The notes: generated from the sequence alone by a model not told the origin. Positions 37,053 through 46,996 are shown, numbered from the stretch's first letter. The stretch is 64,000 nt of DNA from an uncultured Gemmatimonadales bacterium (GCA_963716055.1 CAVQSR010000001.1:1350791-1414790), one strand, 5' to 3'. Translations and numbers: made by a program.

Positions 37053-39016
37053 CGGGCCGGATCGGCGTGGACGTGGGCGGCACCTTCACCGACCTGGTGG
37101 TCCTGGGCGCCGACGGCAGCGTCGCGGTCCGCAAGGTCCCCACGACCGCCGACGACCCCGCCCGCGGCGTGCTGGCGGCGCTCGCGGCGGTGCCTGTTGA
37201 CGTTCTGGTCCACGGCACCACCGTCGCGACGAACGCGCTGCTCGAGCGCACCGGCGCGCGCATCGCGCTCGTGACGACGGCGGGCTTCGAGGACCTGCTG
37301 TGGCTGCGGCGTCAGGATCGCGCGTCGCTGTACGATCTGGCGCTCGATCATCCGCCGCCGCTCGTCAGCCGCGACGACGTCGTCGGAGTGGCCGAGCGGA
37401 TGGGGCCCACGGGCGTGGTGACGCGCCTGAGCGACGCGGCCATCGCCGCCGCCGTCCACCGGGTGCGCGCGCTCGCGCCCGAGGCGGTGGCGGTCTGCCT
37501 GCTGTTCGCGTTCCGCCACCCCGCGCACGAGCGCGCCCTCGCCCGGGCGCTGGCGCAGGCCCTGCCGGACGTGCCGGTGGTGGCGAGCCACGAGGTGCTG
37601 CCCGTATTCCGCGAGTACGAACGGTTCGCGACGACCACCGCCGAAGCGTTCCTGCGACCCCGGGTCGGGGCCTACGTCGCCCGGACGGCCACGGCGCTCG
37701 CGGGCCGCGGCGAATCGGCCGTGCGCGTGATGACGTCCGCGGGTGGGACGCTAGCGCCGGCGGCCGCGGCGCGCTGCACGGCCGCCCTCGCGCTGTCCGG
37801 CCCGGCGGGCGGCGTGGTCGGTGCCCGCCTCGCCGGCCTGGCCGTCGGCGAGCGTGACTTGCTGACGCTGGACATGGGCGGCACCAGCGCCGACGCGGGA
37901 CTCGTGATGGATGGCGCGGTGTTGACGGAAACGACGAACTCGGTGGGTGGGGCGCCGTTGGCGTTGCCCGCGGTGCTGGTGCAAACGGTCAGCGCGGGCG
38001 GCGGCAGCATTGCCTGGGTGGATGAGGGCGGGGCCCTGCGGGTGGGACCGCGCAGCGCGGGCGCCGTCCCGGGTCCGGCGTGCTACGGCCGCGGCGGAAC
38101 CTCGCCCACCGTGACCGACGCCTGCGTCGTCCTGGGCTGGCTCGACCAGCACCACCCGCTGGCCGGCGTGCGGCTCGATGGCGGGCTGGCGCGCACCGCC
38201 GTCGCGTCGCTGAGCGCGGCGGTCGGACGCGACGCAGTGGGCACGGCGGCGGGCGTGGTGGCGGTGGCGGCGGCGGTGATGGCGCGCGCGCTGAAGCGCG
38301 TGAGCGCCGCGCGGGGCGTCGACCCGCGGCGCCTGACGCTCGTCCCGTTCGGCGGCGCCGGTCCGATGTTCGGCTGCGCCCTGGCGGATGCCCTCGGCAT
38401 GCGCCGCGTGGTGGTGCCACCCCATCCCGGTGCGCTCAGCGCGCTCGGCCTCGCGGCGGCCCCCGAGCGCGTGGAACGGATCGCCTCGCTCCACCGGCCG
38501 GTGGACGACCTCGACCGTGACGCGCTGTCCCGGGCGTTCGAGCCGCTCGACGCCGCCGCGATGGCGGATTTGCCGGGTGCCGACCTCACGCGCTTGGCCG
38601 ACTGCCGGTTCGCGGGCCAGGGGTACGAAGTGACCGTCACGGTCGTGGACCTGGAGCCGGCCGCGCTGCGTGCCGCGTTCCGCGATGCGCACGCGGCGCG
38701 CTACGGACACGCGGACTCCGGTGGCGACGTGGAGGTCGTGAACCTGCGGGCGGTGGCGCAGCGGGCGGTGGCAGCGCCACGCCTCGCCGCCACGCCGCCC
38801 GGCGGGGGCCGCCCGGCGGTCCGGGCGATCACCATGGGCGGCCGAGCGGTGGATGCCGCCGCCTGGCCCCTCGAGGGGCTGCCGCCCGGCCTCACCGTCG
38901 CCGGCCCCGCCGTGTTCGACGGGGCGGACGCGACGGCGCTGCTCGAGCCCGGCTGGCAGGCGGTGGTGCACTCCACCGGCGCGCTGGTGGTGACCCGGGA
39001 CGGCGCGCCGCCATGA
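37049..39016 (+). CDS. Hydantoinase/oxoprolinase family protein, A subunit
   Basis: ATG 37049 (ATGA overlap). MTGRIGVDVGGTFTDLVV is typical of the HyuA N-terminus. Confidence 0.85.
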   Translation: MTGRIGVDVGGTFTDLVVLGADGSVAVRKVPTTADDPARGVLAALAAVPVDVLVHGTTVATNALLERTGARIALVTTAGFEDLLWLRRQDRASLYDLALDHPPPLVSRDDVVGVAERMGPTGVVTRLSDAAIAAAVHRVRALAPEAVAVCLLFAFRHPAHERALARALAQALPDVPVVASHEVLPVFREYERFATTTAEAFLRPRVGAYVARTATALAGRGESAVRVMTSAGGTLAPAAAARCTAALALSGPAGGVVGARLAGLAVGERDLLTLDMGGTSADAGLVMDGAVLTETTNSVGGAPLALPAVLVQTVSAGGGSIAWVDEGGALRVGPRSAGAVPGPACYGRGGTSPTVTDACVVLGWLDQHHPLAGVRLDGGLARTAVASLSAAVGRDAVGTAAGVVAVAAAVMARALKRVSAARGVDPRRLTLVPFGGAGPMFGCALADALGMRRVVVPPHPGALSALGLAAAPERVERIASLHRPVDDLDRDALSRAFEPLDAAAMADLPGADLTRLADCRFAGQGYEVTVTVVDLEPAALRAAFRDAHAARYGHADSGGDVEVVNLRAVAQRAVAAPRLAATPPGGGRPAVRAITMGGRAVDAAAWPLEGLPPGLTVAGPAVFDGADATALLEPGWQAVVHSTGALVVTRDGAPP

Positions 39017-40560
39017 CGCTGGACGCCGTCGGCCTCGAGATCATGGCGGAGACCTTCGCCGGGGTGGCCGAGGAGATGGGGCTGGTCCTCGTGTACAGCG
39101 CCCGCTCCCCCAACATCCGGGAGCGACGCGACGCCTCGGCCGCCCTGTTCGACGCGGGTGGGGAGATGATCGCGCAGGCGGCACATATTCCCGTGCACCT
39201 GGGCGCGCTCGCGGGCGCGGTGGCGGCGGTACGCGCCCTCGATCCGCGCCCGGGCGAGCAGTTCCTGCTCAACGATCCCTACCACGGCGGCTCGCATCTG
39301 CCCGATCTGACGGTGATCGAAGCGATCGAGGTCGAGGGGCGGGTCGGCGGATTCGCCGCGGTGCGGGCGCATCACGCCGACGTGGGCGGGGCGTGGCCCG
39401 GCTCGATGCCGGCCGGCGCGCGCGAGCTGTTCGCCGAGGGGATCGTCGTTCCGCCGGTCCGCTGGACGGCGGAAGTGGAGCAGATCCTGCTCGCGAACGT
39501 GCGGACCCCCGGCATGCGGCGCGGCGATCTCGCGGCGCAGCGGGCCGCGGTGGCGCGGGGGGCGGCCGGCGTACGGGACCTCGCCCGGCGTCACGGCTGG
39601 AGCGCGCTCCAGGCCGCCGCCCGCGATCTGCTCGACTATGCCGAGCGGCGCACGCGAACTGCCCTGGCGGCCGTGCCGGCGCGGGGATGCGAGGCGACGG
39701 ACTGGATGGAGGGGGACGGGGTGCGCGATGAGGATCTCGCGATCACCGTGCGGGTCGCCGTGGCAAACGGAACGCTGCACGCGGACTTTACGGGAACGGC
39801 CCCCGCCGCGGCGGGCAACGTGAATTGCCCGCTCGCGGTCACGCGCTCGGCGGTCCTGTTCGTGGTGCGGGCCCTGCTGCCCGACGACGTCCCGATGAAC
39901 GGCGGCGTCGAACGGGCGGTGCGGGTGACGGCGCCCCCCGGGTGCCTGGTCCATGCGCAGCACCCCGCCGCGGTCGCGGCGGGGAACGTCGAAACGTCGC
40001 AGCGCATCGCCGACACCGTGTTCCGCGCGCTCGCGGCGGGCGGCGTCGCGGTGGCGGCGCAGGGACAGGGGACGATGAACAATGTGACCTTCGGGGGGAC
40101 GGGGGCCCGGGGAGCGGGGACGGGTGGGTGGACGTACTACGAGACCATCGGTGGGGGTCAAGGAGCGAGCGCGGGCGCCGCCGGACCGTCGGGGGTACAC
40201 GTGGGCATGTCGAACACGCGGAATACGCCGATCGAGGTGATCGAAATGGAGACGCCGATCCGGGTGCGGCGCTACGGCTTGCGGCGGGGCAGCGGGGGAT
40301 CCGGGACGTGGGCCGGGGGCGCGGGGGTGGTGCGGGAATACGAGGCCCTGGCGCCGATGGAGGTCAGCGTGCTCACCGAGCGCCGGCGCCACGCCCCGGC
40401 GGGTGCAGCCGGGGGCGGTCCGGGGGCAGCGGGGGCGAACCAGTTGAACGGGCGGCCGGTGCCCGCGATGGCGACGTTGCGGCTCGTGGCGGGTGACGTA
40501 GTGCGCATCGAGACGCCCGGTGGCGGCGGATACGGCGAACCTCTCGTGGAGGCGCGATGA
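39013..40560 (+). CDS. Hydantoinase B/oxoprolinase family protein
   Basis: 515 aa. LNDPYHGGSHLPDLTV, and GGGYG near the C-terminus. ATGA overlap with the A subunit. Confidence 0.85.
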   Translation: MTLDAVGLEIMAETFAGVAEEMGLVLVYSARSPNIRERRDASAALFDAGGEMIAQAAHIPVHLGALAGAVAAVRALDPRPGEQFLLNDPYHGGSHLPDLTVIEAIEVEGRVGGFAAVRAHHADVGGAWPGSMPAGARELFAEGIVVPPVRWTAEVEQILLANVRTPGMRRGDLAAQRAAVARGAAGVRDLARRHGWSALQAAARDLLDYAERRTRTALAAVPARGCEATDWMEGDGVRDEDLAITVRVAVANGTLHADFTGTAPAAAGNVNCPLAVTRSAVLFVVRALLPDDVPMNGGVERAVRVTAPPGCLVHAQHPAAVAAGNVETSQRIADTVFRALAAGGVAVAAQGQGTMNNVTFGGTGARGAGTGGWTYYETIGGGQGASAGAAGPSGVHVGMSNTRNTPIEVIEMETPIRVRRYGLRRGSGGSGTWAGGAGVVREYEALAPMEVSVLTERRRHAPAGAAGGGPGAAGANQLNGRPVPAMATLRLVAGDVVRIETPGGGGYGEPLVEAR

Positions 40561-40913
40561 ACTACGTGCTCGTGGGGATCCTGGGGGTGGTGACGGGCGT
40601 GCTGTCGGGGCTGTTCGGCATCGGCGGCGGAGTGGTGATCGTGCCCGCGCTGGTGCTGCTGGTGCGGCTCGACCAGCACCTCGCGACGGGCACGTCGCTC
40701 GCGGCGTTGCTGCTGCCGGTAGGTCTGATGGGGGTGCTCGAGTATCACCGGCGGGGGCAGGTCAATTTCGCGTACGCGATCCTGCTCGCGCTCGGGCTGC
40801 TGCTGGGCGCGTGGCTCGGCGCCAAGCTGGCGGGCGACGTGTCGGGGCTGGCGTTGCGGCGGGGACTGGGGGCGTTGCTGCTGCTGGTCTCGGTGAAGCT
40901 GCTCGTGGCCTAG
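40557..40913 (+). CDS. Short TauE/SafE (TSUP)-family membrane protein (118 aa, half-size)
   Basis: GVLSGLFGIGGGVVIVPALV motif with four predicted helices. ATGA overlap with the upstream gene. Confidence 0.6.
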   Translation: MNYVLVGILGVVTGVLSGLFGIGGGVVIVPALVLLVRLDQHLATGTSLAALLLPVGLMGVLEYHRRGQVNFAYAILLALGLLLGAWLGAKLAGDVSGLALRRGLGALLLLVSVKLLVA

Positions 40914-40914
40914 G

Positions 40915-42933
40915 TCACCCCGCCTTTTCGAACACCTGCCCCGCGATGAAGAGCTGGAACAGGTCGGCATCGAGCTGGCCGGCCTTGACCTCGGCGCCGA
41001 GGATGTCGAGGGCCCGATCGCGGGCGACCGCCGCCTTGTACGGCCGGTCCCGCGCCGTCAGCGCGTCGTAGATATCCGAGATCGTCATCATCTTGCTCTG
41101 CAGCGGAATGGTCTCGCCCCGGATCCCCCGCGGGTACCCGCGGCCGTCGAGCTTCTCGTGGTGCCCGTACGCGATGTCGGGGACGTCGGTCAGCTCCCGA
41201 GTCCAGGGAATGTCCTTGAGGAAGTTGTAGGTGTGCGTGACGTGGCTCTCGATCTCGCGGCGCTCGGCCTCGTCGAGCGAGCCCTTGGGAATGCTGAGAA
41301 AGCGGATCTCGTCGGGCTCGAGGAACGGGCGTGGCTCGCCGGACACGGTTTCGTAGGTCCGCTGGGCGAGCGCCTGTAATCCCTCGGCGATCTCGCCCGG
41401 CAGGATCGAGGGCTCGTTGGCCCGCAACACGACTTCGAGAAAACGATCCAGCTCGGCGAGCTCCGCGCGGTACGCCGCGTCCAGGTCCTTCAGATACGCC
41501 GGGTACCCGTCCTGTCCCCGTTGCTCGAGGTACTCGGCCCGCTGACGCCAGAACGTGCGCTCGACCGTGCGCCGGATGAACGCATGCCGCTGGTGCAGCA
41601 GATCGAGTGACGGTGGGTAGAGCTTCTTGGCCTTCACGAGCACGTGTTCGCGCACCCCGACCTTGCCGAAATCGTGGAGCAGGCCGGCGTACTTGATCTC
41701 GCGAATCTGCTCGGTGGTGAAGGAGATGTCGCGGTACGGTCCATCACCCGCCCGGTCCACGACCTGGGCCAGACCGACGGTCATATCCGCCACCCGGCGC
41801 GAGTGTCCCGAGGTGGTGGGGTCGCGCTGCTCGATGGCGCGCACCGCGGCGTCCACGAAGCCCTCGAACAGCTGCTCGATCTCCGCGTAGAGTTTGCTGT
41901 TCTCGATGGCGACGCCGGCCTGACCGGCGAGCGCGGTCACCAGCTCCACGGCGCGTCTCGAGTACGGCACCACTTCCCGCGCCACATCCTCCGGCGTGGC
42001 GAGCACCGCCTCGAAGTTGCGCTTGCGGTTGATCAGTTGGAGCACCCCGATGACGTCTTCCTGGTGGTCGCGCATCGGGATCACGAGCAGCGACTTCGTG
42101 TGGTAGCCGTAGCGCTCGTCGATCGCGCGGTTGATCGTGTACTCGACGTCGGGCGGTTGGTTGTAGGCGTCCTCGATCACGAGCGGCTCGCCCGTCGTCG
42201 CCGTGTAGCCAGCGAGGCTCAAACGATCCACGGGGATCGTGAACTCGACGAATGGGATGTCGGGTCGAGAGTGGTTCTGGGCACGCAGGAACCGGAGTCG
42301 CTTGCGGCTCGGCGCGCCTGGCTCGACGGGGCTCAGCGGGCGGGGGTCGGGTGTCCCTGTCGCCGCCGGTGGGTCGGCGGTCTTGGCCTGACGGGTCGCG
42401 GACGATTCGACGAGATACAGGCTCCCGGCGTCGGAGGACGTGATCTGCCGGGCGAGGGTCAGGATCTTGTCGAGGAGAATGCCCAAGTCGCGCTCCGTGC
42501 CGAGCGCCACGCCGATGCGGGTGAGCTCCTCGATCTCGCGGCTGCGCTGCGCCGCTTCAGCGCGCGCCCGGGCGGTCTCCATGCGCGCCGCCGCCTCGCG
42601 GTAGCCCGCCCGCACCGACACCAGCACCTGCCGCGCCGCCGCCGGGTGGCGGACGAAGCCGGAGAGCAGCTCGCCGGGCAGCGTGTCGGGCACGTCCGCC
42701 TCCCCGGGCGCGCCCAGGGCCACGATCGCCCCGCCGGCATCCACGTAGGCCCGCAGGATGTCCAGGGGGAACACGCCACGGCTCGCGGCGTCCAGCACGA
42801 ATACCGTGGGCCGGTCGTCCTCCACGAGCTCCCGGGCCTGGCTGATCTCTTTGACCTCGATGCGGGGATCGGGCAGCAGGGCGACCAGCTCGTGGGGCGA
42901 CCAGGTCGCGGGATGGAGCAGGACGTAATTCAC
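40915..42933 (-). CDS. HD-GYP-domain phosphodiesterase with GAF domain and N-terminal receiver-like domain
   Basis: 672 aa. HDFGKVGV and HHEKLDGRGYPRG (HD-GYP). GAF-like central region, with a coiled coil before it. Confidence 0.85.
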   Translation of the reverse strand: MNYVLLHPATWSPHELVALLPDPRIEVKEISQARELVEDDRPTVFVLDAASRGVFPLDILRAYVDAGGAIVALGAPGEADVPDTLPGELLSGFVRHPAAARQVLVSVRAGYREAAARMETARARAEAAQRSREIEELTRIGVALGTERDLGILLDKILTLARQITSSDAGSLYLVESSATRQAKTADPPAATGTPDPRPLSPVEPGAPSRKRLRFLRAQNHSRPDIPFVEFTIPVDRLSLAGYTATTGEPLVIEDAYNQPPDVEYTINRAIDERYGYHTKSLLVIPMRDHQEDVIGVLQLINRKRNFEAVLATPEDVAREVVPYSRRAVELVTALAGQAGVAIENSKLYAEIEQLFEGFVDAAVRAIEQRDPTTSGHSRRVADMTVGLAQVVDRAGDGPYRDISFTTEQIREIKYAGLLHDFGKVGVREHVLVKAKKLYPPSLDLLHQRHAFIRRTVERTFWRQRAEYLEQRGQDGYPAYLKDLDAAYRAELAELDRFLEVVLRANEPSILPGEIAEGLQALAQRTYETVSGEPRPFLEPDEIRFLSIPKGSLDEAERREIESHVTHTYNFLKDIPWTRELTDVPDIAYGHHEKLDGRGYPRGIRGETIPLQSKMMTISDIYDALTARDRPYKAAVARDRALDILGAEVKAGQLDADLFQLFIAGQVFEKAG

Positions 42934-43847
42934 GGCTGGTCGTCCGGTGGTTTGGGGGCGGCGGTGGTGTCGCTGGGTAGCGGTCGGACCCCCGTCAACA
43001 ACCGGTAGGGGCGGCGCGATGCCTCGTCCAGGAAGTGGTTCAGCTGCCGGCTGGCTACCAGCAGGTTGGCCACCGTGCCCTGCATCGCGACGCGATTCTC
43101 CGCGACCATGGACTGCGCGTCCACCGTGAGCGAGTCGAGCCGCCGCACGAGCCGGTTGGCGGACGCGATGGTCGCGGTCACCGAGTCGGGCAGCGCGTTC
43201 TCGTGCATGTCGGCGAGCAGGGCCTCGACATGGCCCATGGTACGGCTCGCGCTCGCGACCGCTCCCTGCACCTCGGGCAGCAGGGCCACCACGGTGGTGT
43301 CGACCGTGGCGAGCGTGCCCTGCAGCCGGACGAGGGTGCGGGTGGTCTGCTGCAGCACGTGCTTGACCTCCTCGGACAACTCGCCGGCCACGGCGGTGAT
43401 CGTCTCGAGCGCCGAGCCGCGCCGCGTCGCGGACACCGTGTCTCCCGCCGCGAGCGTCTCGGCGAGCCGGCCCACGGTGTCCGGGAGCAGCAGCTGGATG
43501 TCCACGCCGGTCGAGATCTGGCTCACCTGGACGAGCTCGGCGCGGGTGCCCACGGGGAATCGCAGCTCCGAGCCGTCCGGAAAGCGCTCGCGGATCGACA
43601 GCCGGGCGAGGAACGAAACCTGGCGGCTGGAGGAATCCACCCGCGGCGCGATCGTGCGGACGCGGCCGACCTCGAGCCCCTGGAGGATCACCCGCGAATC
43701 CGGTGTGATGCCCTCCGCGCTGGCGGTGCGCAGAAACAGCTCGTAGCGCTTCTCACCCCAGCCGCTCGTGGCGATCAGCGTCCCGAGCAGGATGCCGACG
43801 GCCCCCACGATCACCACCCCGACGATGAAGTCTTGGCGCGTCTGCAC
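42930..43847 (-). CDS. MlaD/MCE-family substrate-binding protein
   Basis: N-terminal TM IVGVVIVGAVGILLGTLI followed by an MCE fold (GLEVGRVRTI). Confidence 0.8.
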   Translation of the reverse strand: MQTRQDFIVGVVIVGAVGILLGTLIATSGWGEKRYELFLRTASAEGITPDSRVILQGLEVGRVRTIAPRVDSSSRQVSFLARLSIRERFPDGSELRFPVGTRAELVQVSQISTGVDIQLLLPDTVGRLAETLAAGDTVSATRRGSALETITAVAGELSEEVKHVLQQTTRTLVRLQGTLATVDTTVVALLPEVQGAVASASRTMGHVEALLADMHENALPDSVTATIASANRLVRRLDSLTVDAQSMVAENRVAMQGTVANLLVASRQLNHFLDEASRRPYRLLTGVRPLPSDTTAAPKPPDDQP

Positions 43848-43854
43848 GGAGCCC

Positions 43855-44550
43855 TCAGTGCGCCGGCTCGAGCTCGAGCACGCCGGCGCGCGTCACGCGG
43901 TACACCTGCTCGATCCGGCGCTGGATCACGGCGGGCAGGTCCTGTGCGGTGATCACGACGGTTCGCCGGCCTCCCTGCGTCGTCTCACCGCCCCGCACGA
44001 ACTCGAGCAGCTCGGTGGCTGCGCGCGGGGTCAGGCCGTCGAACGGCTGCTCGAGAATGACGAGCGGCGGGTCGAACGCGATGGCGCGGGCGACGGCCGC
44101 CCGACGCCGTTCTTCCTCGTTCACCTGCGCCGGCCGGCGATCGGCGACAGCGGCGATCCGCGCCGCCGCGAGCATCACGCTGACTCGTCCGTCGATCGTT
44201 CGGGGCGCGGCGGTGCTCCCGAACCGCAGGGGCAGCGCGACGTTGTCCCGCAGGGTGAGATTGTGCAAGAGGCCGTCGCCCGCGGGAAGGTAGCCGACCC
44301 GCCGGCGGAAGGCCAACCGCTCGGTGGGCGGCAGATCCGCCGCTCGCGTGCCGTACACCAGCACGTGCCCCGTGGGCGGGGTCTCGAGCCCGAGGGCCCA
44401 GCCGCCGATCTGCCCGACCCCGGAATCCTCGGCGCCCAGCAGTGCCACGCTCCGATGGACCGGCAGCTCGAGCGTGACCGTCGTCTCGCCCATCAGCACA
44501 CCGGCGAGCACGAGCGGGGTCGGGTGGGCGGCGCTGGGACGCTCGAGCAT
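43855..44550 (-). CDS. ABC-ATPase-like protein (MlaF position) with all catalytic motifs degenerate
   Basis: Positional and fold-level resemblance to MlaF, but every motif is altered. Walker A is LLGAEDSGVGQI (no Lys). The signature is VNEEERRRAAVARA instead of LSGGQ. Walker B is LVILEQPFDGL (no DE). The H-loop is VVITAQD (no His). Confidence 0.65.
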   Translation of the reverse strand: MLERPSAAHPTPLVLAGVLMGETTVTLELPVHRSVALLGAEDSGVGQIGGWALGLETPPTGHVLVYGTRAADLPPTERLAFRRRVGYLPAGDGLLHNLTLRDNVALPLRFGSTAAPRTIDGRVSVMLAAARIAAVADRRPAQVNEEERRRAAVARAIAFDPPLVILEQPFDGLTPRAATELLEFVRGGETTQGGRRTVVITAQDLPAVIQRRIEQVYRVTRAGVLELEPAH

Positions 44551-44553
44551 CGG

Positions 44554-45333
44554 TCAGCGCAGGACGACGAACAGCGCCGAACACACGAAGACGCCGACGA
44601 TGCTCGCGACGGTGGCCCGGCTGGCGGCGATCGGGATTTCGGTCGGCGCGCGGCGCACCGAGAGGCCGTAGAAGCTCGGGACGATTCCCAGGATGGCGCC
44701 GAAGGCGCCCGCCTTGGCCGCCGACAGCCACACGTCGCCTGCGCTGAGCGACCGCAGCACGATCTCGAAGTACCGGACGCCGCTCATGCCATTGAGGGAT
44801 GCGGCGGCGTACCCCGTCGCCACGGCGACGGTATCGCACAGCACCATCAGCACGAACACGCTGATCACCGCGGCGGCGAAGCGAGGCAGGACGAGGTACT
44901 GGCGCGGGTCGATGCCCATCGCTTCCAGCGCCCGCACTTCGCCGAGGACCGAATTGGTGGCGAGCTCGGCCGCGATCGCGTTGCCCGAGCGCCCCGCGAC
45001 CACGAGCGCGGTCAGCAGGGGACCGAGCTCCCGCACGATGGCTACGACCATCAGCGTACCGAGCAGCTCCGTCACGCCGTATTGCCCCAGCTCCCGGACG
45101 GCCTGCGAAATGACGAGGAACGACAGGATCCCCGACAGCAGCGTGACGAGCCCCATGGCGTGCACCGCCGTGAATCGGATCTGCTGGATCGTCACCTGGA
45201 GGGCCACCGCGCGCCCCGCCGCCGTCAGGGTCGTGGCCGCGCCCGCGGCCCCAAAACCGAAGCGCGCCAGCGCTCCCAGCTGGGAGAGCCGGCGCGCCGC
45301 CGCAGCCCCGAGACGACCCAGCGGGTCGGCCAC
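44554..45333 (-). CDS. MlaE-family ABC transporter permease
   Basis: 259 aa. GRSGNAIAAELATNSVLGEVRALEAMGIDP matches the MlaE/Ttg2B conserved core. Confidence 0.85.
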   Translation of the reverse strand: MADPLGRLGAAAARRLSQLGALARFGFGAAGAATTLTAAGRAVALQVTIQQIRFTAVHAMGLVTLLSGILSFLVISQAVRELGQYGVTELLGTLMVVAIVRELGPLLTALVVAGRSGNAIAAELATNSVLGEVRALEAMGIDPRQYLVLPRFAAAVISVFVLMVLCDTVAVATGYAAASLNGMSGVRYFEIVLRSLSAGDVWLSAAKAGAFGAILGIVPSFYGLSVRRAPTEIPIAASRATVASIVGVFVCSALFVVLR

Positions 45334-45337
45334 GCCG

Positions 45338-46030
45338 TCAGGAACGCTGGACCCGCTGCAGTCCTTCCTTGGCTTCCGCGTAGTCCGGGAAGACGGCGAG
45401 GGCCCGGTTGTACATGTCGATGGCCCGTTCCTTCTGCCCGCGGTCGGAGTACAGCAGGGCGCGCGAGTAGTACGTCAGGGCCTCGGTCGGCACTTGGCGC
45501 GTCTGGCGCTCCTCGGACGCCTGCCGCGGCAAGGCCGGCAGGTTCGCGCCGCGCATCAGTTTCGCGGCCACGTTGCGGATGATGTCGAACATGTGATCCC
45601 GCTGGGCGCGTTCGGACTCGGTCTTCACGACTTCGCTCGTCTCGACGCTGACCAGGCGGACGTCGACGCGGAAATCGCCGTAGAAATCGATGAATGTGCC
45701 CATCACCATGTACCGGGCGCCGACGAGCTTGCCCACCCGCGCCGCCGTCTGGGGATCGACCCGGCCCGACGTGCCGAGATTCTGCTCGTCGAGGATGCGC
45801 TGCACCTGCTCGCGCTCCACGACCCGCGCCGCCGGGTTGGCGGCGAGCTCGGAAATCAGCATCCCCGCGATGCCGCGCTGCAGGGCATCGAAATTTTCCT
45901 TGTCCTGCCCGTACGACCCGCCGTTGTCGAACGGCAGGACGGCGATCCCCGGGCGGGTATCCTGCGACGCTGCTCCTGGCGGCACGGCAAGCGCCAGGGC
46001 CAGCACGGGCAACCAGATGCGCGAGGTCAT
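45338..46030 (-). CDS. Secreted CsgG/LpoB-like domain protein with C-terminal TPR
   Basis: Signal peptide MTSRIWLPVLALALAVPPGAASQ. IAVLPFDN...GARYMVMGTF pattern, and TPR-like YYSRALLYSDRGQKERAIDMYNRALAVFPDYAEA. Confidence 0.55.
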   Translation of the reverse strand: MTSRIWLPVLALALAVPPGAASQDTRPGIAVLPFDNGGSYGQDKENFDALQRGIAGMLISELAANPAARVVEREQVQRILDEQNLGTSGRVDPQTAARVGKLVGARYMVMGTFIDFYGDFRVDVRLVSVETSEVVKTESERAQRDHMFDIIRNVAAKLMRGANLPALPRQASEERQTRQVPTEALTYYSRALLYSDRGQKERAIDMYNRALAVFPDYAEAKEGLQRVQRS

Positions 46031-46044
46031 GTCTACTCCTTGGC

Positions 46045-46920
46045 TCAGAGAGTCAGTTGCATTCCTTCTTGCGCCGCCACCACGTCGGTCGGCGTCGCGA
46101 GCTTGCCGGCGAGCCGGCGGGCTTCCGCCGTCACGCGGTCCATCGCGTCGTCATCATGCTCGGGCTCGTGATGAAACAGCACGAGCCGCCGCACCCCGGC
46201 GTCCGCGACCACGGCCAGGGCTTCCTCGTACGTCGAATGCCCCCAGCCGCGGTGGCGCTCCAGCTGTGCGGGCGTGTACATCGCGTCGTGCACGACGACG
46301 TCCGCTCCCGCGAGGAACGCCACAAAGTCACGGCGCCACGTCGGCGGCACGTCGTAGTTCCCGCCGGGGCCCAGCTCGTTATCCGTGACATATGCAAGGC
46401 TCGCGCCCCCGGTGCGGGGCGTGAGCCGGAACCCCAGGGTCGTCCCCGGATGCCGCAGCCGCATGGCCCGCACGACGAACGGCCCCACCTCGAACTCCCC
46501 CGGCTCGACTTGGTCGACCGTCAGCCGGGCCGACAGGGCCTCCAGGGGCACCGGGAACACCGCCGGGTGCATCTGGAGACGCAGAATCGTATCGAGCGTG
46601 GCCGCCCCCTGGCGCGACGCCCGGATCCGTAACTCGTTGCCCCCCGAAAAGAACGGCTTGAAATGGGGGAGCCCCTGGATGTGATCCCAGTGCGTATGCG
46701 ACAGCAGGATCTCGGCCCGTATTTGCCCGTTGTCACGCTCGGCGAGCTGCGCGCCCAGGGCCCGGATCCCCGTGCCGGCGTCGAGAATCACCAGCTGCCC
46801 GCCGCCCTCCACGGCGACGCACGCCGTATTCCCGCCGTAGCGGACGGTGTGGGCCCCCGGGGTTGGGATCGATCCTCTAGTACCCCAGAACGTGACCGTA
46901 TACGGCATCCGCGCCGGCAA
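46045..46920 (-). CDS. MBL-fold metallo-hydrolase
   Basis: LSHTHWDHIQG (HxHxDH) and the downstream His/Asp ligands. Confidence 0.8.
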   Translation of the reverse strand: MPARMPYTVTFWGTRGSIPTPGAHTVRYGGNTACVAVEGGGQLVILDAGTGIRALGAQLAERDNGQIRAEILLSHTHWDHIQGLPHFKPFFSGGNELRIRASRQGAATLDTILRLQMHPAVFPVPLEALSARLTVDQVEPGEFEVGPFVVRAMRLRHPGTTLGFRLTPRTGGASLAYVTDNELGPGGNYDVPPTWRRDFVAFLAGADVVVHDAMYTPAQLERHRGWGHSTYEEALAVVADAGVRRLVLFHHEPEHDDDAMDRVTAEARRLAGKLATPTDVVAAQEGMQLTL

Positions 46921-46996
46921 GCCAAAGCCTCGCTAAGTTACGGTATTTCCAGCATGTAGAACAAGCGCGCGCCTCACGGCGGGGTCGTGAGCCGCC

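Noticed and set aside
40557-42933. Both the TauE-like protein and the convergent HD-GYP protein start with MNYVL
   Set aside because: This is a five-residue coincidence. The DNA outside those codons is unrelated and there is no repeat structure.
43768-46632. 604-aa, 492-aa and 312-aa plus ORFs across the Mla cluster
   Set aside because: Antisense to the MlaD, MlaF-like, MlaE and lipoprotein genes. The translations are low-complexity.
46921-46996. Sigma-54-like element (TGGAAATACCGTAAC) and hairpin CTCACG..CGTGAG upstream of the MBL hydrolase gene
   Set aside because: The -12 region (TAAC) does not match TTGC. The hairpin is short (6 bp) and lacks a T tract. Not enough support, despite a sigma-54 activator elsewhere in the window.
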